DNA of 64,000 nt from Euglena gracilis (taxonomy: Eukaryota). Every line of letters begins with the position of its first letter. Within the stretch, counting starts at the first letter, position 1. The DNA lies in contig CP154954.1 in NCBI GenBank assembly GCA_039621445.1, forward strand, positions 21,066,642-21,130,641. Direction: 5' to 3'. The translations under genes and the position numbers were made by a program. The notes beneath the pieces were generated by a model. That model was given only the letters and a program-made list of their open reading frames with translations. It was not told the origin of the DNA and searched no databases. Shown here piece after piece: positions 11,251-24,389 of the stretch.

Positions 11251-14200
11251 TCCTCGGTGTACCAGTGTTGGAGACTCTCATGATCGGCCTTGACGAGGAT
11301 CTGGACGAGGCTGCTGGCGACCCAGCTGCGAAATTTCTGGAGTATAAGCACGATTGCGTAGGTTTCCTTCTCGATATATTATACTCCACTTGACTTGACC
11401 TTTGCCGTCGTCGCCCTGTAGCTTTCTGCTGAAGAAAGCCACAGGTCGGAGTTCATCTGCCGCGTTTTGCTGGCTAAGAACTCCGCCAACAGCGTAATCG
11501 CTGCTGTCGACTTCCAGCACATATGGTTTGTACCGGTCCGCGATTTCGAGGACAACATTCTCCAAAAGCAAAACCTTGATTTTTTCAATGGCCTCACGCT
11601 TTTGGTCATCCCAAATGACTTTGGTGTTGTCAACAGCCCGGTTTTTGAGCTGTTTGGTGAGGGGCACCGCGATTTTCGCGAAGTCCTTCATATATATCGC
11701 GTAGTATTGGGCTAATCCCAAAAATCATTTGAGGTGAGTAATCGTTTTGATTACCTCAGGTGTCCATTTCTTAATGGCTTCTAGTTTGCTCGGAGCGGCT
11801 TTCCGCTGCCCATTGCTGAGGATGTGGCCGAAAAATTTTATAAGTTCGCGAAACAGACGCATTTCGCGCCTTTCGCGAAAAGCACATGTTTTTGAAATGC
11901 AGTTAATACCGCGCAAACATGGTGGAAGTGAGTTTGAGGATATCTTCGCTCGATTTTGCGGATGGTGGTGGTGTTCCCACCAGCACATCATCAACGTACA
12001 CGATGGTAAACGGCAAATCGCGTAGAACCCATTGAATCATGCGTTGAAACATGGCTGGGCCATTCTTAACACCCATGGGGAGTACCGTCCATTGGTACAC
12101 ACCCTTGGATGTCACGAATGCCGTGTATGGTTGTGATTCGGGGTGCAAGTGCATTTGGTGAAAACCGTCCTCCAGATCGTAAATTGAACACAACCGGTTT
12201 TCCGATTGTTTGGTGATCAAATCCTCGATCAGGGGGAGCGGGAAGGGATCATCCCTTGTCTGGGAGTTCAGGTACCGGTAATCCAGCACCAGTCTCCATT
12301 TCTTATGGCCTGAGGGGTCTGGGGGTTTAGGAACAACAACTGCCTGGGATGTCCAGTCGCTTTTCGAGGGTACAATCCACTTGCGCTGAATAAACTTCTC
12401 AATCATTTCATTGAGAGCTTGTTCGCGTTCTCCCGAACAACGAAAAAATTTACGGTGCATTGGTTTGGCTCCTTCCTTCAGCTCGATCTTACAAACACCG
12501 AACGGACCGCGTATCGCGGGGTCGATGTCGCACGCGTATACTGGATTTTCCAGCACACCATGAAATTCGCGGGTAATCCGCGAACAGAATTCAGCTGATT
12601 TAGGATGCTGACCTGCACTCTCGATGACTGCGGAAACTACCAGGGTATCCCTGGGGCTACCGAGCTTCCTCGGCACCGCGAATTCGGACATTCCGAATGC
12701 ATCGAAGAAACATACGCGAAAAATGATTTCTTGCAAGGGTGGTAATATTTTACCACAAAAATCCTCAAAATTCGGTACATTAGTGGGTAAATACCACCAA
12801 CGAAAACACACATACGATAGTTGGGTGAACCATTCCGCTTCCGGAATGATGGGTATGAGAATAACTACACGGGCTTCATCCCGCAGAATTTTCTCAACCA
12901 CACATCCGATAAGTTTTGGGGGAGGGTGCATCCATAACACCGTATGACCCCAAAATTTATCAAATGCGTTGGAGTGTTGTGACCAATGACGTGGCAAACG
13001 GGCATGTGCATTGGATGAAAAGGCATCGATTTCCAATGCCAAATCAAAAGAGTCAGCCAATGTCGCGATTTTGGAAAACCATCGTTCCAAAATGCGATAT
13101 TGACCAAAATTGAAAGCATTCCAGACGCGTTTCGCGTATTCATGCACCCGATTTCCGGGTAGGAGTGAAGAAACACAACGAATGGATCCACAAACATGCG
13201 GGCTGTCTTCCACTACCTCAAGGGTTAATCCCAAAGGAGTTTGGACAGGTTGAGGTATTCCCCATTCCGCATCAAATTCGTACCAAGTGTAATCGGGATG
13301 GTGATTAGGAATGACGCTTTTCGCGTTTCCAAACAACGAGGCTAATCCGCGTTGTTGGAGTACTCGGTGTATTTCCGCGCATTGCGGGCTACAACCAAGT
13401 GTATCATGTGGTGTGGATTCCGTTTTCGGAATTGCGATTAGTGTTGGATTTTGAACTAAACATCCACAATCGAAATCCGATTGGGTGGAAATTCTCCTGC
13501 AGTGCACACATTGGAAGGAAGTGTTGTGGTGTGACGGGTGTGCGTGTAAGTGGGTGTCGGTGGCATTAGCCGGTGAGTCTTGTACAGGTGTGCCTGGATT
13601 CGGCACAACTGGTGGGAAACGGAGTGGTGGTGTTGCTGGGCGACTACTCAACACCGTGATCACTGCAGGCCTTTGGGCTTTCGTCTTGTAACCCAGTGGA
13701 ACGGCGGGGGTACCGCTACTCGCTTGCCCTACCTCATGTGGAACGCATGTAGGTGTGTCATTGGGTAGGGGGGAGGCTTTCTCAGTACCCCGGGTGTGGA
13801 AAACGGTTGTTGGTGTGGTTGATAACGGTGTTGCCATTGTGGGTAACGGTGTTGGAAAAGTGGTGGTCACCCTGGTGGATGCCAACGGTGATGGTGGTTT
13901 GGGTGGCATTGAAGTGGTGGGTGCTGTGCGCAAACCGTGGGAGTGGCAATCCACAACCAATCGGTACTGGCATAAAAATGGGTATCCCAAAATTACGTCA
14001 GACCCGTGAATTCCGGACTCGTAACCCCAAATATTGGTGAAATGTTGTAATTGTGGGGGGTGTGAGTGATGCTTGGGAATGATGGGCATGATTATCTCGA
14101 GCACACATCCCAAATCACCACCGCACATGGGGGTATTATCCGCGGTTGTAATTTTGATCGGTTTCTTGGCGCTTACCAAGAGATGGGTCGGTATCAACCC

Positions 14201-14509
14201 CAACCGAAAGAGCAGTGCAATGCAACAACCAGTGTCAATGAGAATTTTAACTTTGGTGGCGAAATTTTCAATGCGGATTTCCGTTTGGACGAGTAATTCC
14301 ATTGGTGGTACGCAAAGTGAAGGGTCTGGCGGAAATACGTTTGCATGCCAACTTTCCCATGAACCCTTTCCTACTTTGCTCAGCATTCCGAGCAGAAATG
14401 TGGAGTGGGGGGTAGGGGACCCGAAATAATTCCGGGTACCAACCGGGAAGGCGGATGGGCAGGGGGGGCAAGGTTGATCAGGTCTTACCTGCATCTGTTC
14501 ATCAGCCAA
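11250..14509 (-). pseudogene. pol: aspartic protease, MT-like insert, RT, RNase H
   Basis: LIDTG (PR); WRLVLDYR.LN, YDLEDGFHQ, LPMGVKNGP, YVDDV (RT); VDSSDYAVGGVL, PVAFFS (RH). Frameshifts after 11950. Confidence 0.93.
12700..13110 (-). other. DIRS/Dam-type N6-adenine methyltransferase-like domain within gypsy pol
   Basis: QYRI...F, IDAFSS..ARLPRHWS..NAF.KFW...LWMHPP...VVEKI...VILIP...EWF is colinear with the DIRS MT at 20009-20272 (DMFAS..KFP...YANPPW). Confidence 0.75.
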
Positions 14510-14539
14510 GAGGTCCGTGCCCTCGGACCTCGGGCTCCC

Positions 14540-17500
14540 CTACTCCAAGTCCGAACCGGCCACATAGCCGGCAACGGACTTGTTGGTGGAGTAGATGGAA
14601 TTCAATGAACCCACCGCCATTCGGGCTTCATTAAATTCCCCGTCCGAGGTCTCATCCCCCTCCCTGCCCGAATCCGGGGTGTCCTCCTCCAAACAAGAAA
14701 TCTTGAAACCGACTTTTCGCCGGTTGGAGGAGTTACCACGGTCCTCGCGGCGCTTACCGCGATTTCCGTAGCCGGGCTGGGGGGAACGAGATCTGGGACA
14801 TTTGGATGAGTGGTGGTCCTTGGAACCGCAAAGTGAACAACGAGATTTGTGGCGGGATTCCGCATAACGGGGGGAACAGTATTCCGTTCTTCTGTCATAC
14901 CGTCGTGGTGAACAGATTTCCCGTCGACCATGACCGGTGTACCGGGGTTTCCCCGGTGACTCGCGCGAAGAGGATGATCCACTTCGTGAACGAGATTGTG
15001 AAGAATCGCGATTGAAATCCCGTTTTCGGGTAGGAGGGTCAGGTGACCGACCGCGAGAAGGACGAGTTTCCCGACCATCAAGCGATGGTGACTTTGGCCT
15101 ACTACCGGTTCTAAAGCGGTTCTCCGAAGAACGTGAAACTCCCGATTGACGTGAAAACGCCGAGGAACCCGATCCCCGTGAGGAGGTCGAGCCCCTTGGG
15201 CTTCCAATACGCTTTCGCGCATCGGGATTCGGGCATTCCCGAGACATGTGACAAGATTTGTTGCACAAAAAGCACAGTTTATCCGTGCCTTGGTCCGAAG
15301 AACGCTGATTCCGCGTTTTTGGTCCCGTGGTGGGTGATCTTGGTGACATGGGGGATTTTTGCAACGCATTAACCGCACCCGCAGGGATTCTCGCGGTGGG
15401 ATGCGTTTGAAAAGCGGACTGTATTTGTCCCAAAACTTGTGTAAGCTTGAGTTGCTTTGACACATAATTACAACGTTGGGCAAGAGTCATCTCATGCCTC
15501 GCCAACTCCTCGCGATGGATATCCTTCACGAGGGATGGAGTGAAATGCAACAAAACCGCATGGAATTGTTCGCGCATTTGCTTCTCGCTAAGTTCATCAA
15601 CTTCGGAAGCAAGTGCTAACCATTTGGCATACCAAAGGTCAATGGATTTCCATTTGCGATCCGATGGCGCGCTTTGTCGCCATTTTTTCTCCAGGGTAAT
15701 CCTGGTGACCAAGCTTGAGTTGGTTGAAGCGTATTGCTCAACCAGGTCATCGAATGATACGCCATTACGTATCACCAAATTGCGTGCGCGTTCTCGCTCC
15801 TCCCTCGGTAGGCAATCGATGAATTCAGTCTTGACTACCTCGGGATTCGGGTCTTGGGTGGGTCCCTTTAGTGCCCAGTAGTACTCCCAGTCCCGAAAAA
15901 TTGTCTCCATGTGGTTGCATCCCCGTCCCATTGGGGTTTCACCTTGTTCGCGACTGCGATGGTGCCCTTGAAGTCTCTCTGAATAACCCGCCGACCCTCG
16001 GTGGTATTCCAGGGGTTTGGGTCCGGGTAATTCTTAACACCAAACGCGTTTCGCGGATTTTCCGCTCCATGTGTACCCCGTGCAGTATTTCCCGCACCAA
16101 GTGTAGGGGTGGCAGGATTTTCCTGCGGGATTTGCGAAAAATGTGGTGAAATTATCCCGGTGGGGCGGGTTTCCCGCCGAAAACGCAATGGGTGATCTGG
16201 TATTCCAGAACCCGTTGGTGGTTGGTATGATCGCGAATGCGATACATGACCAATACCAGGTGTGGGGTGTTGGCTCATTCCTCGTACAAGGTTGGAATGT
16301 TGAACTTCTTGGTGGAGACTCGAATTTTCGAGCGGTGGATCAATTTCCTCATCATAAATGTCCTGTGAAAAGTGGGTTTGTGGTGTGGGCAAATGCAAAG
16401 GTGGTACATTTCGCGTTTTCGCGGGATTTTGCACCAAATTTGTGGTGGATGTAGGGATTCCTACTCCAGAAATGGTAATTTGAGAACGCGATTCCGGGAC
16501 ATTTGGAATACCAACCGCAGCGCTTACCGCGGTGGGTGGTGGCACAACCGGTACCGGAGTGGACATTTTATCCAAACTCGCGGACGAGTCATGCACCGTT
16601 TCTTCCAAATGTTCCACCAACTGGAGTTGGCCGCAAATACGGTCAACCTCAGTCTCCAAAAGCCTAATGCGTTTGCGGTAACGGGAAAAGTCTTCCAAGT
16701 GTGGCAACTTTTCAGAAACCAAGTGTCAGTCTTGGACAAGTTGTCCTTGGGACTCCTCCACATTCCGGACATTCCGGAGTTGACCCGCAACCGCTTTTAC
16801 TGCATTTGAGACAATTTGCAATTGGTGGGGTATCTTGGTGGGGGTTTCCGCGGTGGTGCGTGAATTTTCCGTGGTTGGCTTTTCCAACAACGCAGAAATT
16901 CGGCCATCCACCCATGAAACCTCATCTTCCATGGATCAGGCATTCCGATTCACAGATTCCTCAAGTTGGATCAAACTCGTTCAGAATGCTTGCAAGGTTT
17001 CCTTGTTGTCACCAAGCATTTTGTCATAAAATGAGCGAAATTCCGGTGACTCGGATATCCTAGCGCGCGAAACATTGGGAAGTGCGCGAATTTCTGCTAA
17101 TGTGGTGGACAACAAGGTACAACGGGTTTGCAATTCCCCAATAGCGGCTTGAATACCACTAAGGTCAGGAATTCGCTTGGAAAGTGCGGAAACATGCTCC
17201 TGCAAACCGACAACGGTGGCATTAATACCGCCAATGTCCGTTTGCATTTGTTGTTGCGCGAAATCCAACCGTTGTGCGCAATCCGCGATTTTCGCGTTCA
17301 AGGAGGTTAGTCCATCCTTATTTGCGACACAGTGGCAGGATTTTTGCTCCAGGTGTAAAATTCGTTCCTCCAAAAGCTGGATTTGTGTACGGGGAACAAA
17401 AGTTTCTTGCACTTTCGCCTGAAATTGCTTCAAGTGCTCGATTTCCGAGCAAAGATGCAAAATCTGTTGTTGGGCTTCTTGGAAAGAAGTGGTGAGTGCG

Positions 17501-18683
17501 GCAAAATGCTCAACCGCGACAAAGTTACCGATTTCCGGCATTTTGGGGGTGGCATTTTGCGCGTGTAACTGTTGCTGCAATTGCAGTAGCATTGTTGAAC
17601 AAGATTACACTTTGGCAAAAAGATGGCTCATACCATCTTGCACATGCAGAAACTTGGAATCATTCCGCGTTTCCGCTTCATGCAGTGTTTCACTGATTTG
17701 TTGGAAATTCTGTGGAAGTTGGATGCGCAAAATACTGTCAACACTTTCTCGAAAATGCTGAAGGTCTTTCCCCGCATTTTCAAAATTGTGTTGAAAATAT
17801 TTGCCGATTTCCTGCAAATAATTCCAGCAATATTCCAGTTTGGTGTTGACAACCCTTTGATTGTCCTCATCAAACTGCAAAACCTTGTTGAGCATGGTTG
17901 CACATTCCGCAACGCATTGGTGGACATGCAAAATTTGCTTGCTCAGCGGGTGATCCGCTGGAAGTTGACCGAGAATTCGGAAAACATCACCGGGGGTGAG
18001 GTTATCCCTCAAATCATCCTCATAGTCCTCCACAATGGACACGGTACCAGAGATTTCCGGTACCACCAGACGGTTCCATGGCAAAGCAGGGAAAACCGCA
18101 GTTTCCGCGGGTAATCCCGGCAATGCGCGAAATGGTGTGTGGGGTGGTAATTGAGGGGGGGGGGTTGGAAAAAACACGGTGTTTCCACCGAGGTGCACTC
18201 CAAAAGGCCCACCGGTGCTTCCACCGGGGATCTTTTGGGTGTGAACAGAGCAAAGGGCACATACCCCTCACTTTGTTCATGGGTGACATGGCTAACCAAG
18301 TGTAAGCGGGGTTTATCCCCACTATCCTTGTGATCCAAATGGGCTTGGGCAAGGGGATCATCCCCTCGCCGCATCAATGATGGGTGAACCGGGATGGAGG
18401 TAGGCATTTTTCCACCCACATCCCGCGCAATCAATGACAATGATGATGAAGAGGGTTCATTACCCCCTTGCAACAATAATGGCATTTCACCTTGTGACAA
18501 TGACAATTGATGCAATGTGTCTTCTTGTTGCTTGGGGGGTCGGGAATTGGAACTTGTTTCAATCGAATCGTTCCAATCCCCGCAATCTTCATCAAGATTG
18601 GTCAATGAAATCATCAACAAGTCATAATCAAATTTGTGGTTGGGGGTTGTGCACTGCATCTTTTGAGATGGGTAAAAAGGCAA
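14540..18683 (-). pseudogene. Large gag broken into several ORFs, with two CCHC zinc knuckles
   Basis: CFLCNKSCHMSREC and CSLCGSKDHHSSKC in 14540-15931; upstream pieces 15868-16722, 16981-17592, 17605-18198 and 18009-18683, some with coiled-coil character. Confidence 0.8.
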
Positions 18684-18903
18684 AAACCCAAAAATTCACA
18701 CAAATAAGCAGTGAAAAAGGGACCAGAAAGGTTGTATCGGCGAATACCGAACAGAGCCTCCTGAGACCTGTATCAGTGCTTAAAGGTTGGCCAGGGGCCA
18801 GGAACAGCACTTTCACCGTGTTTCACGGCTCAGTACGATCCTCACCACCAGTCAACCGCAGAGATTCTCTATGTAGAACGTCTGTGTAGGCTCGTTGCCT
18901 AAA

Positions 18904-18913
18904 TCTGCTACCA
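18904..18913 (-). promoter_or_regulatory. Primer binding site TGGTAGCAGA (initiator tRNA-Met-like)
   Basis: Directly follows the 5' LTR; complementary to the ...UCUGCUACCA 3' end of eukaryotic tRNAiMet. Confidence 0.85.
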
Positions 18914-19318
18914 AGTGTACGTCCAAGGACTTCCCTTTGACCCTTTTCGCCCCGAAAAAGCCTGTTTTGCTTTTGTGCGCACCCACTTAGGTGAGTAAAA
19001 AATCCTTGGAGTAACAAACCCTTTCTCCGAATTCCCCTATGCTAAGGCAGAGCACAAAGCAAGTCGCTGTGAAAGGATTTTCCTTCACAGTCGTGTTCAG
19101 TCTTTTCAGAGGGTTATCCTCTTACTTCAAAACAGCCAGAATGTGAAGAATAGAATACCACTGTGGGGAAAAGAGATCACGCGAGCACGTGTGATACGTG
19201 TCGCTAATTCCCATAGGATCTGCCACGATCGTCAGGCTGTGTTCATCACAGCCGTCAGATTGTGACGTATCCTGACTCTGCAGGTTTCCTACAGAGCTGG
19301 CATCGTGCCTGGTACACA
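18914..19318 (-). repeat. 5' LTR of the gypsy element
   Basis: Direct repeat of 2539-2950. Confidence 0.95.
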
Positions 19319-20790
19319 AAAAGTTGTCCTGGTTTAAAGCCATTCTTGCAGAAAAATTGCCAGCATCCTAGGGCAGATACAGATACGATCATATCATGCC
19401 CTTCCTTTTTTAAGTCTGGTCACACAAGAATTACTAAATTCAGCCAGTTGAACGCCACCATGGGCTGGGATTTTGCAGTACCCATACCCTCCCAGCTGAA
19501 GGTTGAAATCAAGAACCTCAAAAGATTTTCTGGTGCCAGTGGCAGGTTGACCATTTTTAAAAACACCCAAACATGTGCTGTACTCAGATTCATCCACCTG
19601 GGCCTGGGTGGGGGGGGGGGTGGACAGCACACAAAAGTTGTTCATCCATCAGTTTTGGAGGTAGCAAAGTTTGCTCCCCATATATGTAAAGGAATTCACT
19701 GCTGCAGTAAACACTGTAAAAGCCTTTGCAAAAAAGGCGGAGACTGTCCTAAAAAAAAGTGGACAGTCAGGTAGCACTCAGCTACCTGCAGAAATTGGGG
19801 GGGGAGAAAGAGCACCCAAACACAATTTTACATCCCCTTTTCAAGTGGTGCTGGGAAAGCAAAATTCATCTCCAGGTCCAGTGGGTTCTCTCAGAAATAT
19901 GGTGGCAGACCCCCTGACAAGGTTGTCACAAGACAGGGGTGATTATACCCTACTTCCATCATCTGTCAAAAAAATTGCAGATATTTTCCAAAACACATCA
20001 CCCCCTTAGTGGACATGTTTGCATCCCCGGGGAACACAAAGTTCCCAAAATTTTGCTTCAGATGGCCTCACCACCAGGTTTTTTTGGTGGATGCTCAAAA
20101 CTGCAGCCTGGATGGGGTAGAGGAAGTGTATGCCAACCCCCCTTGGAAAGTCATAATGCCCTGGCTCATCAAACTTTCCTTGAACAAACAGGTCAAATGC
20201 CTTTTAATAACCTCCATGTGCGTTTCAAGTGCATGGTGGCGCCTATTAACAAAAACGGGGTGTAAATGTTAGTGGTTCCCCCTGCCAATGGATGTTCACA
20301 AATTGCTGGGGAGAATCAATGTCCAGGCCAAAATGGCCCCTAGCCTGAAGCATTTTTCAGGTTCCTTTTGGAACAGCAAATAATGTCAAACTCACAAATT
20401 GACATAATCTTAAAAAGTAACTCTACTTTAATGAGATATGAAAGGGCCTTCAAAAAATTGTACGTGCTGCTGCAGGACAAGGGTCTGGACCCCTTGCAGG
20501 CCACCACCTTGGACATTGTGTCCAGCATCCTGGAGCTGCACAAGCTGTCGAGTGCTGAGGCCAGAAACGCTTTATTTGCTGTCACATCACTTCCTGGTTT
20601 CCACCATGTTTCTTTTCACCCTCTGCTGAAGATTGTCAGATCCTGTTGGAACAAAAATGTTCAGTGCAACCTTTTGAGTCCCTTACCCATCTTACGAAAC
20701 GTTGGGGAGGGGAGTCCACTGGAAATTATGTCCACCAGTTTGTTCAGACTCAGAATCACTCTGTTGTCCAGACTTTTGGCCTTACACAGA
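19319..20790 (+). mobile_element. DIRS copy 1, 3' part: RNase H, methyltransferase (20009-20272), truncated tyrosine recombinase (20368-20790)
   Basis: YVKEFTAAV, NMVADPLTR..DRGDY (RH); DMFASPGN..YANPPW (MT); YERAF..ARNA (YR N-terminal region). Confidence 0.85.
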
Positions 20791-20794
20791 GGAA

Positions 20795-23100
20795 TTGTAA
20801 TTCCTCTACTGCTGAAGCCTCCCAATGGGGCCACCTGGCCACAAATTTGGGCAGTTTTTTGTTGCCCGGTGAAGCAAATAAACCTGTTTTAGCTGAATGT
20901 ACTTTTTGAAGTGCTGTTGAAGTCAGCGAAAACAGTAGGGGGTCTAGTGAGTAATCCCCCCTGTCCATTTCCTATCTGCGGATGGGGTCCGCTAGACGTT
21001 CGACTTATGTTGTGCTCCATGCATCATTTAAAAGAGGGCCTTAGAACTTTGTTGAAGGGGTCTTTTCTGCCGCCCCCATGCTTTTTCTAGGTAATACTAA
21101 ATCACCTGATTTCCACTGAAATGGACACAGTTTCTCCTGGCTTGCTTAAACTTTTCATTTTGTTGACTGCTCCATGCAATTCTTTGACATTTATATGCAA
21201 AATGGATCTTTCTCTCCAAAAAACTCGTGGACAGTATTTCCAGTATGGTTGTCTAGCCCCCCCTCCACGCATGGGTGCTGCTGTTGAGTGTAATTCCCTG
21301 GTTGCTTTTTGGGGGAAGGGTCTGCTCCCCAGGTGTCTAGCCTAATTTTTATCTCCCGTAATTGGCCCTTTTTTTCTGGGGAAATGTGATGTTCTGAGTC
21401 CCAGGGGCTCCAGAGTGTGTAGCCAAGAATTTTGGCCGGGAATCTGTGAATGCCCTCAAAAATGGAAGGGCCATTAAATTGCATCTTATTTGACCCAATA
21501 TGGCAACTACCTGCGTCTTTAACATGTAATCCTTTTTAACGATTTTCCCCAGTTCATTTTTTATAGTCTTTACTTTTTGCGGGGACCACCTGTAATCTTC
21601 CTTCTTGAAAGTTCAGTTGAAATCCCAGATGACTTACAGTCTGTCTGGGGTGCAGGGTTGACTTTTTGACATTTATTTTGAAACATGAGCTTAGTAAATC
21701 CTTGACCGCTGTGTTCAGATGACTTTTGAAATTGCTTTGGGTGGGGGCCACCAGCAGAACGTCGTCCAGGTAAATGAATACCTGAATTCCGTTTTTATTC
21801 CAAAGCTTTTCGAAAGTTTTCATAACCCCCATGAAAATTTGGGGCATAACATTTAGGCCAAAACAGCCTGCCTGGAATTCCCAGCTCTTCCCCCCCTACC
21901 TGATGTCTCAAAAATGGTCTTAGGGCTGGGCTTACAGGGATGTGAAAATACGCACCCTTGAGATCCATTTTGGCGGCCGAGTGGCCTTTTTGCAAAACTG
22001 GAAAAATGTGCTGGATATGATCCAGCTTGAACGTTTTCACTGGGAAATGTTGATTGATTTCCCTGCAGTCGCTTATCCTTCTCCATTTTATTGTTCCCCC
22101 ATCCGGTTTTGATATTAAGCGCCATGGTATTAAGTGCTGAGTGTCTGAATTCCCCACTCTCTTTACTGAACTAGTTTTTTCGTAGCACAGAAGGATTTTC
22201 TCTGCCCGTTTCAGGTATAAATTGGCTCTGGGTTTTTGGTGGGTGGACAAATTTGGGTGCCTTACTCATGGGGGTTGGATGCCATCTTTGATTAGTTGAC
22301 ATCGGGGGCATTTTTCTGCCACCACTGCAGGCCTTTTTGAAGCCTCTGGTGTAGGGGGGTGTCTGCCCATTTCCCATCCATGGAATTTATTTCCCCGATC
22401 AGGGGATTTTCTGGGAGTTGGTAAGAGGGTGTTGGTCATTTCACCCTTGTTTGAGCATTTTAAAAAAGACAGAGGGGGTGTGTGCATGCACTCTCTCCCT
22501 CTCTGCTCAACGACTCTCTGGTCCTCCAGTTTGTTCTCGGTGTTGTCAGATGACATACCATAGGGGGGCCCTTGAGGGTCCCCCCCCCTTTTTTTGATCT
22601 TCCCCTGCCATGGGCGTGAACAAATGATCCGGGGGGTTGGCCCACTATTACTCCACTGCCCCTCTTGTTCATCCTCCTGGGGCTGTGATGTGTGTGTGTG
22701 AACTGATGAGGAGTGCACATTAGCTTCTGGGTGGCCAGTGTTGGACCACCCCTTTGGAATTGCAGATGATTCTGGCCTTGCTGGTCTTGTGAATGAAACT
22801 GGCCTCCATTACCTTTGATATAATTCTGGCCTCCATTGCCTTGGATATAATTCTGGCTTCAATGGCCCTGGTAGCTTTTGCTTGGTCTCTAGCTCCTTTT
22901 GAAATTTAAGGGGGCTGCTGTGCCCCACCCCTTCCCCTTAAGAGGGGTTGTTGTGCTAGAAAAATTGGGGGATTTGACAGACCTTTTGTGGCCCTTCCTG
23001 TGGGGAGTTGCTTGTGGAATTGGCCCCATGGCCACCACCTTGTCCTTGATTATATCTTCCCCACTTTTGTTGGAAATGTGTCCTTGTAGCTGGGTGGCAT
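20795..23100 (-). mobile_element. DIRS copy 2 fragment (gag end, RT 21554-22250, RH, start of MT), truncated at both ends
   Basis: HLIPW, RISDCREIN, MDLKGAYFH, YLDDV, HLGF; DRGDY..LFASPGN..RWPH. Confidence 0.85.
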
Positions 23101-24056
23101 TGCACACTTCCTCAGAAGACAAACCTGCCAGTTTATACATGTACACTCCCGCCCCCCTTGTGGAGTGGGGGGCCCATTGGGGGGGTACCCCGTGCTTATC
23201 CAACAATCGTTTTGTCAAACTCCCAATGGTTTTGGCAGACAGGGGGTAAAGGGAGGTTTTAAACTTAATAATAATTGTCCCCTGGGGGGGGGGGGCACAG
23301 TGAGATGTCAAACTGACATATTTTTTCATGTTGAACCAGGGGCAAATATTGTGACGTGAAGGCATTTGGGGGATTTCCTCTCACTGAGTCTGTCTCCAAC
23401 CCTTTCTTTTGACCAGGACAAAGACCTTGCCATCAACCTGGGACACTGTCCTGAAGGTTCTCCTCAAGTCCACTGATCGAAGCAAACAGATGAGTCTGAA
23501 ACTTAAAATGACTTGGTCCCTCAGGTCACTGAGGCACTCTGGGGGAGGTGCTGCTGCCAACTACTGAAGTAATTATTCAGGATTCCAAATGGAAGGATAC
23601 CTAGGGGTGGATGTGTTCCATTGTCTTTTGTAGGGGGCCAACAGGGGTAAAAACCTTAACATGTGAAAACCAGGAAGCTGGACCACAGCACTATAAGCAT
23701 TCCTGGCCTGGGCGACACTGAAGGTGAAACATTTTATGATGCCAGAAGCGACTAGTTCTGGGCTTATGGTGTTGAGGTCCAGCTGAGACATGGTCAAAAC
23801 TCCCCACAGGAGCCTGAAGGCATAGTCATATCTCGCCAAGGAAAGATTGTGACTTAAGAAATTGTCCACCACTGAGGGGGGGATATGTTGCTTCTGTAAC
23901 AACTGACTGACAATAAACTGCAGGCCAGGTGCCACCTTGGGTTTTTCATGGGCTGCCCATGACGATTCTCGAACATGTGGTGGCAAGAATTCTCAGGGCT
24001 GGTGTGATCACAAACTTCCTCAGTTTGTGAGTCGATGGCCCCATTTTCAGGCAGTG

Positions 24057-24389
24057 TGTTTACGTTGGTTGTCACCACCCGCCGTTGGACGGCCACGGGG
24101 CAGCTCATACTACTTGCCGTGGCTCGTCCTCAGGCGGGGAACTGCGCACATGGTCCGGCCAACCAGTGTCTCGTCCTTTTGCGCAATTGCGCGCGCCGAA
24201 CGATCCCCGCGGTATGCCCTCTGCCCGTACGGGATCGTTCCGGACTCACACGGCGGGACCTGGGTCTCGAACCCACAACCTCCCGCGTGTGAGCCCAGCA
24301 CCTTACCGAATAAGCTACTCGAGCGATACTCGGCTTGGTACTACGCGCCGGCTACCAACCTCCGTATGATCTCCCGTTTGCCGCACACA
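24057..24389. mobile_element. 333-bp solo-LTR-like insertion (TG...CA, TSD CAGTG)
   Basis: CAGTG at 24052-24056 and 24390-24394; removing the insert restores the MT frame WPHFQAVATDSLNC. Confidence 0.75.
24253..24324 (-). ncRNA. tRNA-derived (Val-CAC-like) pseudo-tRNA / Pol III promoter
   Basis: A-box-like TAGCTTATTCGG, B-box GGTTCGAGACC in a TGGG/CCCA stem, CT-CAC-AC loop; the acceptor stem does not pair. Confidence 0.6.

Larger units (their letters stand above)
2539..19318 (-). mobile_element. Full-length Ty3/gypsy chromovirus-type LTR retrotransposon, 16.8 kb
   Basis: Paired LTRs, TSD AAAAG (2534-2538 and 19319-19323), PBS, PPT, gag with zinc knuckles, and PR-RT-RH-IN-chromodomain order. 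Confidence 0.95.

Noticed and set aside
24253-24324. Functional tRNA-Val gene
   Set aside because: The acceptor and anticodon stems do not pair properly.
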